This document shows positions 1 to 8,629 of a DNA stretch of 29,811 nt, one piece after another. Numbering within the stretch: position 1 is the stretch's first letter; each line of letters begins with the position of its first letter. Location: positions 1 to 29,811 of the forward strand of contig JBIKLL010000027.1 in NCBI GenBank assembly GCA_044359815.1. Direction: 5' to 3'. Under the pieces are notes generated by a model, which saw only the letters and a program-made list of their open reading frames with translations, was not told the DNA's origin and did no database searches. The DNA comes from Pseudobdellovibrionaceae bacterium. GTDB taxonomy: Bacteria; Bdellovibrionota; Bdellovibrionia; Bdellovibrionales; Bdellovibrionaceae. Both the position numbers and the translations under genes were made by a program.

Positions 1-528
1 AGTCATTTTGCCATTACTCATTAAGTATTTAACTTCGGGCTTCCATTTAAATTGAAAAGTTCTGGTATTGTTCTCTGTTTCAACAAGAGTTAAGTCAGAA
101 GCGTTAGATGGCATATTAAGGATCTTTAAAGAGAACGTAGCGTTTCCGTGCAATACTGTAGCTCTGATTGTAGCAGTGGATTCTTCTCCCACTACATAAG
201 TCAGTTCGTTAACTGAGTGAATTTGGAATAATTTGGCTGATTCCCAATTTTGTTCTTCTTCTGCAACAACGTACTTAATAACTTCTTTTTCTACTTCTTT
301 GACTACAATTCGATCCTTTATAACAGGAACTTCTCGGTCAACGTATTCGATAATAGGTTTTAGAGTGGTCGTTGTGGTTGTGGCTGTTTCTAGAGCTTTT
401 TTGGAATCCACGGGAATACTTACTTCGGAAGCTTTAGGATATTCTGTCAAAGGATTCTGCTCGTACTTACAAGCGCTCAATGCAATCGATATCAAGATTG
501 AGGTTAAAAAAAGCATTTGCTTCTTCAT
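1..528 (-). CDS. Lipoprotein with Thr-rich linker and probable Ig/cadherin-like domain (runs off the left edge); last visible gene of the Agl/Glt-like operon
   Basis: Not in the ORF track; translated by hand. ATG at 528 after AGGAAGGA, just past the stop of the upstream gene. MKKQMLFLTSILISIALSAC lipobox, ETATTTTTT linker, IEYVDREVPVIKDRIVVKEVEKEV segment, then MPSNAS...TFQFKWKP. Frame open to position 1. Confidence 0.8.
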   Translation of the reverse strand, partial: MKKQMLFLTSILISIALSACKYEQNPLTEYPKASEVSIPVDSKKALETATTTTTTLKPIIEYVDREVPVIKDRIVVKEVEKEVIKYVVAEEEQNWESAKLFQIHSVNELTYVVGEESTATIRATVLHGNATFSLKILNMPSNASDLTLVETENNTRTFQFKWKPEVKYLMSNGKMT

Positions 529-529
529 A

Positions 530-1786
530 CTATCCTTCCTTTGCCATCCATTGAAGTCTTCCGAAATCAAATGGGTAAGTTACGTCAACAGATACACCGC
601 CAACAGGTTTTGGAAACTGCCAAGATTGAATGGCCTTACTGACACAGTTTTCAACATCCCTAGATGGCATGCTTGAACTGGTTAATTTAAATATTTTGAC
701 TTGCCCAGCTGCGCCGATAACCCACTTGCTGGTTAATCGACCTCTAAGCTCGGGTTTTGACTGAAGGGCCTTTTCATAACAGAATCTTAATTGTCCTTGG
801 TTTTTTCTGACTACTGATTCGACTTGTTCACGAGTTAATCCACCAACAATTTCAGAATCATCAAAATCAGGAACTAAAATAGTTCCCATTTTGCTGCCAA
901 CAGAAGCTCCACCAAATCCCTTGGTGCCGCCGCCGTATTTACCGTTGCCATAACCATGAGCTCCAAATGACTTGGATCCATCACCTGACAAACCGGCAAC
1001 TAGGCCTTTGCCCATCAGCGCGTTTTTAATTCCGCCACCGACTCCCGAGCCAAGGCCACCGCCCATACCAGCTCTAGTGCCAAAGGCACCTTGTTTTGAA
1101 TTACCAAATCCTGTGCCTTTAGTTGTGCCCTCAGTAGACTCTCCAATGCCGCCGATTTTATCGAGGGTCTTAAGAGTACCTACTTCAGTAAATTTATCTT
1201 GTTTATAACCAGTGGGTTGAGTTTGAGCTAAAAGTTTTTTTCTGGGTTTTACTGTCACTGGAATTTTAACAGGGGCATGGGGACGCTTCATCAATTGAAC
1301 TTTCTTTTCAGCAACTTTAACCGGTTCAGGTCTTTGAACCAATTCTTCCAGCTGTGCTTTGTTCATAACCACTACTTGAATTTCTTTGGGTTCTTCTGGG
1401 AAATATCGTTTTAACAAAAATCCAGTTAATAAAATCACTGTTAAAAAAACTGAGTGGAAAATCGTTGAAGCACCAACTGCGGCGCCGATAGATTTGTCCT
1501 GTTTCTTTTCGGCTAAGTCTTTTGACAGCTGAGCTTTATCAGTGGGCTTTAAAGTTGAAATAGTAAGTCTTGGAGAAATTTGAATCTCTTTATTAGAAAG
1601 CTCAGAGGCTTTAAATGATTGGATTTCGTCAAATTCAATGTCTTGAGATTCCAACTGTTCAAAGTTTGAAACCAAATCAAGTCTTTTAGAATCTTTTAAA
1701 AGAACCAGATGAACCTGTTCGTTTGAATTAAACAAATAGGAACGAACAACCTGATCAGCTTGGTTTTTAAATACTAGATTCACCAT
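530..1786 (-). CDS. GltG/PglI (AgmX/PglI C-terminal domain) TonB-like gliding-motility protein
   Basis: One TM segment (STIFHSVFLTVILLTGFLL), Pro/Lys-rich then Gly-rich linker, and C-terminal GGLTREQVESVVRKNQGQLRFCYEKAL...GRL..KWVIG...VENCV..AI.SWQFPKPVGG.V.VTYPF, typical of the AgmX/PglI TonB-C domain. Confidence 0.85.
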   Translation of the reverse strand: MVNLVFKNQADQVVRSYLFNSNEQVHLVLLKDSKRLDLVSNFEQLESQDIEFDEIQSFKASELSNKEIQISPRLTISTLKPTDKAQLSKDLAEKKQDKSIGAAVGASTIFHSVFLTVILLTGFLLKRYFPEEPKEIQVVVMNKAQLEELVQRPEPVKVAEKKVQLMKRPHAPVKIPVTVKPRKKLLAQTQPTGYKQDKFTEVGTLKTLDKIGGIGESTEGTTKGTGFGNSKQGAFGTRAGMGGGLGSGVGGGIKNALMGKGLVAGLSGDGSKSFGAHGYGNGKYGGGTKGFGGASVGSKMGTILVPDFDDSEIVGGLTREQVESVVRKNQGQLRFCYEKALQSKPELRGRLTSKWVIGAAGQVKIFKLTSSSMPSRDVENCVSKAIQSWQFPKPVGGVSVDVTYPFDFGRLQWMAKEG

Positions 1787-2082
1787 GAGTCGTTCCTTTC
1801 ACGTTCTTCTTTTTCTCGGTCTTCGAAATTCCTTCGCACTCCTAAAAGATCTTCCAAAGATTTGTCGTTTTCGACGACAATTTTTCGAAGATTTCCGTGC
1901 TGAAGTTTTCCGTCAATACCAGTGCCTTCGAATGAATGTGTTGTTGAAAAGCCTTGAGCTGGTGCTGTTGGGCGGTTCATCAATCCATTCCTACCAGATG
2001 TTTTCGCATGAGTAGGGGGTGAAATCATACCGATAAGAAGTACCATAATAAAAAATAGAATAGCTGTAACAAATTTTGTCAT
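1780..2082 (-). CDS. Small exported CglF/GltF-like gliding protein
   Basis: Signal peptide. SFEGTGIDGKL...LEDLLGVRRNFED resembles the CglF pattern (F-x4-I-x-G-x-L...L-x3-R-x-NF). Lies directly upstream of the gltG-like gene. RBS AGGAGG. Confidence 0.65.
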   Translation of the reverse strand: MTKFVTAILFFIMVLLIGMISPPTHAKTSGRNGLMNRPTAPAQGFSTTHSFEGTGIDGKLQHGNLRKIVVENDKSLEDLLGVRRNFEDREKEERERNDSW

Positions 2083-2083
2083 A

Positions 2084-4903
2084 CTAGATTCCTCCTAGTT
2101 TTCTGGTTCTTTCAACCAGGAAGGTGGAAATCAAATAGTTGCCTCTGGACTCTTCTTCTTTGGCAAGTTTTTGTGCCAATGAAATATCAAAGGGATTTCG
2201 TTTCAGTGAACTGTAGTAAGAGTCCAGACTTTTAGAGTTTGAGGACTTAATTGAGGTGAGGTCTTCGATCAGGTCTTTAGATTTGCCAACGCTTGCGGTG
2301 TGCCAGTAGTTAATTTCTTTCATTAAAGCCTGTTTCTGTGGGCCGTAAGAATCTGAAACGACCTGTTCGAACTCTGAAAGGATTTGTTCCTTTTTCCAGA
2401 TAGCTACGATTTGCTCATCAGTTTTAGAAATTTTTAGCGCCAGTTTTGCTATTTCAGAGTCAAGCTTAGCATTGAAGACAGCTTGGTTTTTAGCGCCTAC
2501 GTTTAACTTTTGTTTTGATTGGTTCAGGTCTGAAATAAGTGATTGATTCAGATATTTCAAATAGCTCAAGGAAATCATTTTAACTATTGGGTCTGCTGTC
2601 TCGCGAGCTGCAAGTTTGTCGACTTTTCGGATCAAACTGATCTTTGTTTCCAAGCTGTTTCCAAAAGCTACAACTGAATTGGAGTTAATATCAATTTTTA
2701 AAGCCTTGTTAAATGCTAAGTTTAAGTTTTCTAATTTATCCCTGCGAGTTAATAACAGGCCAATAAATGTGCTATTCAATTGAGGATGACGTTTGACGTA
2801 TCTTTCGACTTCGGCTTGAGAGTTCTTGCTCATAGCCATAAGTACAAATTTTGAGTGAGTGCTATTGTTTTTAATCAGATGAAGATTGATTTCAAGAAGT
2901 CTAAGCGGATCACTGGAATTATTTAATTGATTTTCCAGAATCCAAATTTTCTGCAAATTAGTAAAGTCTTTGCTTTTCATAATGTCAGCTTCTAATTTCA
3001 GATTCGGACTATCAGACAAGCGAGCCTTCATCGCAATTCGAAAAAGTTTGTTTGAGGAATCGGGCGATTCGATCTGTCTTTCAAAGTACAATGATGTGGC
3101 GAAATCCAGTTCCAAATCAGCAACTAAGATTCTTTTTTCGTAAGCCAGTTTCCTGTCAGCAGAACCTAGGCTTGGAGCCAGCTGTGCCAGCTGAACTGAA
3201 ATCTTTTTCAGTTCTGGAAATTTTTCGTTCTTCATAGCAATAAGAAAGGCATCGTTAAGTATTCTGAATTTTTCGCTGTTTGATGAATTTTTATCAGAAA
3301 GATCAATCAGCATAACCATGTCGGATTCGGTAGCTTTTGAAGTGTCAATTCTGTTTTTGATTTCTGCCAATGAGATGCGTTTGTAGTTTCTGAAGTATTC
3401 AGATTTTACATCGCCCTTGGACATTCTAAAATTTAGTTCTTTTTCTTTTCTTGATTGATTTGAATTTTTATAGACCAGCAACAGCATTTCGCCGATTTGA
3501 TTATCGGGATTTTGACTGTAGGCTGCCAAAGCGTATTTCTCAGCTTCAGGGTAGTTTTTGTTATCTAAAAGAGCTTGAATTAAATCTAGTTGGATTTGCG
3601 TTTTTAAGCTTCGGTCAGAGCCCTTGTCCAAATAATTTTTGAAAGCAATCTCTCTCAGCTTCGAATCCTTGGACTTAACGGCTGAATCAACTTGTGCTTG
3701 AAGAGCGTTTTCCAGAATTTTGGGGTCTTTGGTATTGGCAATTATAACAGACATCAAAGTCACAGCAGGTGCATAGTTTTTTGAATCCTGGAAAACCTTC
3801 GTGCCAAAAAGCATTGCTGATTGATCTACAGGTTTTAGTTTTGAATATAAAATAAATGAGTTGATTAGTTCTGGAGATGGATTTGGTATTTCAAGATTGG
3901 CCCAGTACCGCAAAGATCTATGGATTCTAAGGTGAATATCGGGACACTGGTCGCCACATTTAACAATCACGATTTCGGCTAAAATTGCATTTGCTTTAGC
4001 TTTTTGGCCTAATGAAGCAAAGCTTTCAAAGAGGTCTGCTTTTGCAGTCAGAGTCATTTCTTTGGTTTTTGAGTATTTTAAGAATTCAGTAAGTACGATG
4101 GCTGCTTCTTTACGTTTTCCAAGGCGCTTCAGTTCGTCCTTGTATAAACCTAGGTTTTCTTGAAGGTCGTTTTTTTCTGAGAACAGTTTGATCTTCTCAA
4201 TATTGTCAGGGTTGTAAGGCTGCCGTGAATAGAATATCACGATGTCTCTGGCTGCTTCTTTTTTCAATGACGGGTCGATCGATTTTTTACTAAGAACTGT
4301 TTCCAATCTGGTGACAGCTGTTGATTCGGAGCCAAGATTTAAATCACACCACGCCAGTCGGTATTCGCTAAAATCGTTATTTTTTCGACTGGCTTGAATT
4401 TCTGCATATAGTTGTCGTGAAAATGAAAACTGACTTAAGCTAAAGTAGTAATCAGCCAAAAATTCAGTTGCTGACAGAGATTCATCCGAGTTTGCTGGGG
4501 CTTCTTTTTTAACTCTTGTTAAAATCTCTTCTGCCCGTTTCTCTTGACCTAAGAGCTGAAAGAGCTGTGCTTTTTGCAGTAAGGCTTTGTATTTCTGATC
4601 AAGAGGTAATCTTTTTTCAATAGATTGAATCAGGTTAATAGCTTCAAAACGATCATTGTTAGAATCTTTTGAAAAGGAGTTCTTATCTGCTGATTCCAAA
4701 TCCATCAATCTGGCTCTGTCAGCATAAAGGTCTGCAAGTCTTAACGTGGTAGGGACGTACGAAGGATCATTGACAGTCAGGTCTTTTTTTACTGTTAATA
4801 ATTGAGCAATAAGTGCATTGTGCGTTTCGCGGTCTAAGCGAACTGCGTTTGCCGTCAGTGCAAAAGTTAACGTTAAAAAAAGAATCGACGATAAAAGATT
4901 CAT
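2084..4903 (-). CDS. Large exported tetratricopeptide-repeat protein (GltD/AgmU-like position in the operon)
   Basis: Signal peptide (TLTFALTANA), TPR-like helices (LRLADLYADRA, ALLQKAQLFQLLG, EYRLAWCDLNLG); ATGA-type overlap with the upstream exbD. Confidence 0.75.
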   Translation of the reverse strand: MNLLSSILFLTLTFALTANAVRLDRETHNALIAQLLTVKKDLTVNDPSYVPTTLRLADLYADRARLMDLESADKNSFSKDSNNDRFEAINLIQSIEKRLPLDQKYKALLQKAQLFQLLGQEKRAEEILTRVKKEAPANSDESLSATEFLADYYFSLSQFSFSRQLYAEIQASRKNNDFSEYRLAWCDLNLGSESTAVTRLETVLSKKSIDPSLKKEAARDIVIFYSRQPYNPDNIEKIKLFSEKNDLQENLGLYKDELKRLGKRKEAAIVLTEFLKYSKTKEMTLTAKADLFESFASLGQKAKANAILAEIVIVKCGDQCPDIHLRIHRSLRYWANLEIPNPSPELINSFILYSKLKPVDQSAMLFGTKVFQDSKNYAPAVTLMSVIIANTKDPKILENALQAQVDSAVKSKDSKLREIAFKNYLDKGSDRSLKTQIQLDLIQALLDNKNYPEAEKYALAAYSQNPDNQIGEMLLLVYKNSNQSRKEKELNFRMSKGDVKSEYFRNYKRISLAEIKNRIDTSKATESDMVMLIDLSDKNSSNSEKFRILNDAFLIAMKNEKFPELKKISVQLAQLAPSLGSADRKLAYEKRILVADLELDFATSLYFERQIESPDSSNKLFRIAMKARLSDSPNLKLEADIMKSKDFTNLQKIWILENQLNNSSDPLRLLEINLHLIKNNSTHSKFVLMAMSKNSQAEVERYVKRHPQLNSTFIGLLLTRRDKLENLNLAFNKALKIDINSNSVVAFGNSLETKISLIRKVDKLAARETADPIVKMISLSYLKYLNQSLISDLNQSKQKLNVGAKNQAVFNAKLDSEIAKLALKISKTDEQIVAIWKKEQILSEFEQVVSDSYGPQKQALMKEINYWHTASVGKSKDLIEDLTSIKSSNSKSLDSYYSSLKRNPFDISLAQKLAKEEESRGNYLISTFLVERTRKLGGI

Positions 4904-5334
4904 AGTGTTTTCTTGGCCTCAACTGCTAAATGAATCATTTCAATATCTAGATCTGCAAAAATTCTCATTACGGGTTCTATAATTTCAAACGGAGTGTTTT
5001 TATCAGCTTCTAGAATGGCACGTTGATCTTTAATCTTAGATTTATTTGCTTTTACATTTGCAATCAAATCAGTGAAAGACATTTTTTTGTTTTCGAAATA
5101 GTACCCATCTGAGGAAACTGAAATTCTAAGAGTCGGTTTTACAGCTTCGGAAGACGCTACTTTTGGCAGCTTGATCTTGTTGTTTGTATCGATTGTTTTG
5201 GGATTTGAGCCGCTGACAATCAAAAATATCACTAAAATAGAAAATGCATCTATTAAAGAAGTTAAAGTCAAAGGAGCGTTTAAGTCCTTTTTTCTTGTGG
5301 ATTTGTTCAGAAACGAAATTTTTCTGGTCAGCAT
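4900..5334 (-). CDS. ExbD/TolR family protein (AglS/AglQ-like)
   Basis: LTLTSLIDAFSILVIFLI TM segment with the conserved Asp; IKLP motif; ILEADKNTPF. Confidence 0.9.
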   Translation of the reverse strand: MLTRKISFLNKSTRKKDLNAPLTLTSLIDAFSILVIFLIVSGSNPKTIDTNNKIKLPKVASSEAVKPTLRISVSSDGYYFENKKMSFTDLIANVKANKSKIKDQRAILEADKNTPFEIIEPVMRIFADLDIEMIHLAVEAKKTL

Positions 5335-5343
5335 ACATTCCCC

Positions 5344-5808
5344 TTAAAGTGAAGAGACTCCGACTTGTTTAATGCCTTGATTTTTCAAAATGGAAAGCAT
5401 GTTCACAATTTTGTCATAAGCAATTTTCTTTTCAGACAGAACAATTGCTGAACCAAGCTTTTCATCAGTTTGTTTAAGTTGCTCAATTGTTGCTACCAAC
5501 TTGTCATTGAGTTTTGAATCACCAGCATTGAACGAGCCCATTTTGTTGAAACGGCTGTTTTTGAGTTGATAAGAAATAAGATCAGATTTAACAGAAATAA
5601 CTAGCACAGGTGTTTGGTCGTTTAAAATTGGAGTGGAGCCTGTGCCTTGTTTTAAATTAATTGATCCAATCAAGGCGGGATTGATGCCACAGACAATCAG
5701 AAATATTACCAACACCGACAAAGTATCAATAAATGATGTTAGATTGAGCTCGGAATCAAAGTCCTTTTTCCGAGCTTTTGAGTTTTGAAATAATCCTCTG
5801 CTGAACAT
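5344..5808 (-). CDS. ExbD/TolR family protein (AglQ/AglS-like)
   Basis: ELNLTSFIDTLSVLVIFLI TM segment with the conserved Asp; IAYDKIVNMLSILK. Start moved from 5880 to ATG 5808 (GGAGG RBS, removes overlap with exbB). Confidence 0.9.
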   Translation of the reverse strand: MFSRGLFQNSKARKKDFDSELNLTSFIDTLSVLVIFLIVCGINPALIGSINLKQGTGSTPILNDQTPVLVISVKSDLISYQLKNSRFNKMGSFNAGDSKLNDKLVATIEQLKQTDEKLGSAIVLSEKKIAYDKIVNMLSILKNQGIKQVGVSSL

Positions 5809-5836
5809 GCGTCCTCCGCCTCTAGTTAAACTACAG

Positions 5837-6511
5837 TTAAGCTTTTTTGATTCTGACTTGAGATTCAGTGTTGAATCCAAACCAGATAAACATTTTTAAT
5901 GTAGCTTTTTGCAGATCTTCGATCAGTGCATTTGCTCGTGATTGCAGGAGTGCGTAACATACAAGAGCTGGAACAGCGACGATCAGACCATAAGCAGTTG
6001 CATTCATGGCAACTGAAATACCTTCTGCTAAAAGACGAGCTTTTTCGCTTTCATCAAGTGATGCCATCGAAGAGAATGATTGGATTAAACCTACGATTGT
6101 TCCTAATAAACCTAGTAAAGTAGCAACGTTTGCTAACATAGGAAGGTAGCCTAATCTTGTATCAATTCGACTAGTTTCTTCCATAACCAGTTCTTCCATC
6201 TTTAATTGGATTTCTTCTTTGCCAGAAGAATTAAGAACTGACTCAGCACCTGTTCTAGCCAATTGAGAAACGAAGTCTGATGAATTTTTGTCGGTTTTAG
6301 AGATCACTCTTTCAAGTTGTCCACGCTTGATGTCTTCTTCAAAGGCTCTTACGCGAAGTTTTGCATTTGGGGCTCTTGCAGCGAACAAAGCCATAACTCT
6401 TTCTGCAATGATCGCGAAAGTCATGATTTGTACCAATAAAATTGGATACATCCAGATATCGCCAAGAACGAAGGCGTTGTACATTTGAGTGATAAGCATA
6501 TTTATCTCCAT
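5837..6511 (-). CDS. MotA/TolQ/ExbB proton channel protein (AglR-like)
   Basis: Three TM segments; ANVATLLGLLGTIVGLIQSF and LAEGISVAMNATAYGLIVAVPA motifs. Confidence 0.95.
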   Translation of the reverse strand: MEINMLITQMYNAFVLGDIWMYPILLVQIMTFAIIAERVMALFAARAPNAKLRVRAFEEDIKRGQLERVISKTDKNSSDFVSQLARTGAESVLNSSGKEEIQLKMEELVMEETSRIDTRLGYLPMLANVATLLGLLGTIVGLIQSFSSMASLDESEKARLLAEGISVAMNATAYGLIVAVPALVCYALLQSRANALIEDLQKATLKMFIWFGFNTESQVRIKKA

Positions 6512-6560
6512 TTCAAATAGGTTAAATTTTTAGCCTTTTGGGCTATCAGGGTGGTTACTG

Positions 6561-6576
6561 AGCAAGTTAGATGCCC
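6561..6576 (-). promoter_or_regulatory. Putative sigma54 (-24/-12) promoter of the Agl/Glt-like operon
   Basis: Minus strand reads GGGCATCTAACTTGCT = GG-N10-GC with GGCA and TTGC boxes, about 50 nt upstream of the start codon. Confidence 0.65.
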
Positions 6577-6667
6577 TGATCAAAAGTTCCTAGAAGCGTA
6601 ATAAATGGTTAATTATTTGAATGCGGACGAATAAGTTGAATATGAACAATTAGAATTTCTAAGGCGG

Positions 6668-6704
6668 TGTCAAAATTGGTAACACCCTGACAAAAATTGT
6701 TTCA
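6668..6704. promoter_or_regulatory. Putative activator-binding site (TGTCA-N15-TGACA)
   Basis: TGTCAAAATTGGTAACACCCTGACAAAAATTG about 90-130 nt upstream of the sigma54-like box; a similar element occurs at 17810. Confidence 0.4.
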
Positions 6705-6720
6705 AAAGTCCAAATTCGGG

Positions 6721-7473
6721 TTAAGAAGACTTTTTGAACTGTTCGAGCTTGGCTTTCAGTATAGAGATTTCATGTTTTAACTGAGCATTTTCATGAGCCA
6801 ACTGATTGGCTCTGGTTTTGTAGATTTCGGTTTCATCGGTGTGTGATTTGTCTATGTTTGAAGTCTGCTGAGGCTGTGTGGCAGTAACTTTTAACTGAAC
6901 TGCAGGCTTGGTGGGTTGGTTTGAATTTTCAGTTGGAAAAGATTGTCTTATTGGAGAGGAGCTTTGAGTGAATTTTTCGATTATTCTTGGGTCGGGCAAT
7001 TGATTCAAGATTTCCTCGATATTGTTTGCTATTGCCATTTCCGGGTCTATTTTTTCTAGTTTTAATCCGCCGCCTGCAACTAAGGCCCTGAGTTCGGTGA
7101 TGATCTTAGCGCAGCAGGTATGGCTTTCAGCTGCGGTGGGATTGAGTTCATCTAAATGAATGGCGAGCTTTCGTTGATCGCTGGTGCTCATGGAACTTAC
7201 GGCCCTTTGGACTTGATCGGTGGGTAGGGGTTTAAGAGCTCCAGCAAGGGTCTTAAAATGCAGTTTTTCAAATATCTCGGCAAGGGTCATTGGATTCCAA
7301 CCTAAGATTCTATCAAAAGAAAGAATCTTTCTGCGAAGCTCGGTTTCCCAGTTTTGATTTTCTTGATTGATTAAGCTTAGAAGGTGCTCGCGCTTTGCAG
7401 TTGGAGAGGTTTCCAGCAAATTGAGAAGTTGTAAGAATCCGCCCTTTTTTTTGTATCGATCAAGCATACCCAT
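6721..7473 (-). CDS. Orphan FliG C-terminal-like domain protein with C-terminal coiled coil
   Basis: LRRKILSFDRIL...TLAGALK...SSMS...ELNP..AE....KIITELRAL...G.L resembles the FliG middle/C-terminal helices; followed by a Q/S/T/P-rich linker and a coiled coil (LAHENAQLKHEISILKAKL). Confidence 0.6.
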   Translation of the reverse strand: MGMLDRYKKKGGFLQLLNLLETSPTAKREHLLSLINQENQNWETELRRKILSFDRILGWNPMTLAEIFEKLHFKTLAGALKPLPTDQVQRAVSSMSTSDQRKLAIHLDELNPTAAESHTCCAKIITELRALVAGGGLKLEKIDPEMAIANNIEEILNQLPDPRIIEKFTQSSSPIRQSFPTENSNQPTKPAVQLKVTATQPQQTSNIDKSHTDETEIYKTRANQLAHENAQLKHEISILKAKLEQFKKSS

Positions 7474-7480
7474 TTAAAGT

Positions 7481-7507
7481 TTTTCGGAATTTATCGTATC
7501 TGGCTGA
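7481..7507 (-). promoter_or_regulatory. Putative sigma28 (FliA) promoter, probably giving a leaderless mRNA
   Basis: Minus strand TCAG-N15-TCCGAAAA, then 7 nt, then ATG at 7473; no Shine-Dalgarno sequence. Confidence 0.55.
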
Positions 7508-7594
7508 AGAGCGAATTGCTGTTGTCTGATTGCATAAAACTGGATCAGGACTAAAAACGAGTATAGACTTTTGAAATAGGACCAAGGAGGGTCG

Positions 7595-8629
7595 ATGCAA
7601 AAAGCTATTTTCTTAGTTTCCCTATTGTTTTCTTTCTATGTCCATTCACAGAGCCGAAGTTTACCCTTATTGGGGAAAATGGATAAGTACCCAGACAAGG
7701 GCTATGCTGGCTGCTGGGGGTACACTGATAGTAAAGGTCGAGAGTATGCCCTGTTAGGTGTTGCGGATGGATTGTCGATTGTAGACATCACTGATCTCGA
7801 GCTTTCAGAAAAAGCCTTTGTTAAAAATAAAAGTTCAACATGGACTGAGGTGAAAACCTATAAACATTATGCTTATGTCGTCAAAGACATGGCGAATGCG
7901 GGGATTCAGATTATAGATTTGTCTGAGCTTCCTTTAAGAGTCAAAGTAGTCAATACGGTCATGGACTATCCGCAAAACCATAATATCTGGATTGATCAAG
8001 AAAAAGGTTTGATGTTCGCGGTTGGTGGATCAAATATGGGGGTGACGATTTGGAGTCTTGAAAATCCTGAGCAGCCTCGGGTGATCACGACCTTCAATGG
8101 AACGACCTATGTTCATGACATGTACGTTAGAGGAAATAGAGCTTATTTGGCAGAAATCCTGTCTAAGAGTTTTTCAATCTATGATATTTCAGAAATTCAA
8201 AAACCAGTTCTGGTGAAAAGGGTTAGGGATCCAAATTCACCCAGCATTTCGTTTCACAATATTTGGCCTACCGAAGATGGCAAACACCTTATTACGACTG
8301 AGGAAACCAGTGGGCAGCCAGTTAGGTTCTGGGATATTTCTGATGAGAGAAAGCCGAAAGAAGTTGCCAGATGGCTGGGGCCAAGTCGGTTGGCTCACAA
8401 TGTTCATGTGCTAGGAAACAAATTGCATATCGCACATTATGGGTCAGGGTACAGAGTCCTGGATATATCTGACATTACCAATCCATTTGAAGTGAGTTAT
8501 TTCAATGCTAGAGGAACTGATGACACTGGATTTATTGGGGTGTGGGGAATTTATCCCTATTTCAAATCTAAGAAAGTAATTATGTCCAGCATGGAGCAAG
8601 GTCTTTTTGTAGTTCAATACAATGATTAG
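7595..8629 (+). CDS. Exported LVIVD-repeat / choice-of-anchor-B-like beta-propeller protein
   Basis: RBS AAGGAGG; signal peptide; CWGYTD..GREYAL, GLSIVDIT, GIQIIDLS, IYDISE, FWDISD, VLDISDITNP repeats; GVWGIYPYF.S.K. Confidence 0.85.
   Translation: MQKAIFLVSLLFSFYVHSQSRSLPLLGKMDKYPDKGYAGCWGYTDSKGREYALLGVADGLSIVDITDLELSEKAFVKNKSSTWTEVKTYKHYAYVVKDMANAGIQIIDLSELPLRVKVVNTVMDYPQNHNIWIDQEKGLMFAVGGSNMGVTIWSLENPEQPRVITTFNGTTYVHDMYVRGNRAYLAEILSKSFSIYDISEIQKPVLVKRVRDPNSPSISFHNIWPTEDGKHLITTEETSGQPVRFWDISDERKPKEVARWLGPSRLAHNVHVLGNKLHIAHYGSGYRVLDISDITNPFEVSYFNARGTDDTGFIGVWGIYPYFKSKKVIMSSMEQGLFVVQYND

Noticed and set aside
233..676. 147-aa plus-strand ORF
   Set aside because: Antisense shadow of the lipoprotein gene (1-528) and the gltG-like gene; its poly-Val run is the reverse of the Thr codons.
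6545..6580. ATCAGGG...CCCTGAT inverted repeat around the sigma54-like box
   Set aside because: A 7-bp stem with a 22-nt loop and no U-tract; not a convincing terminator or RNA element.
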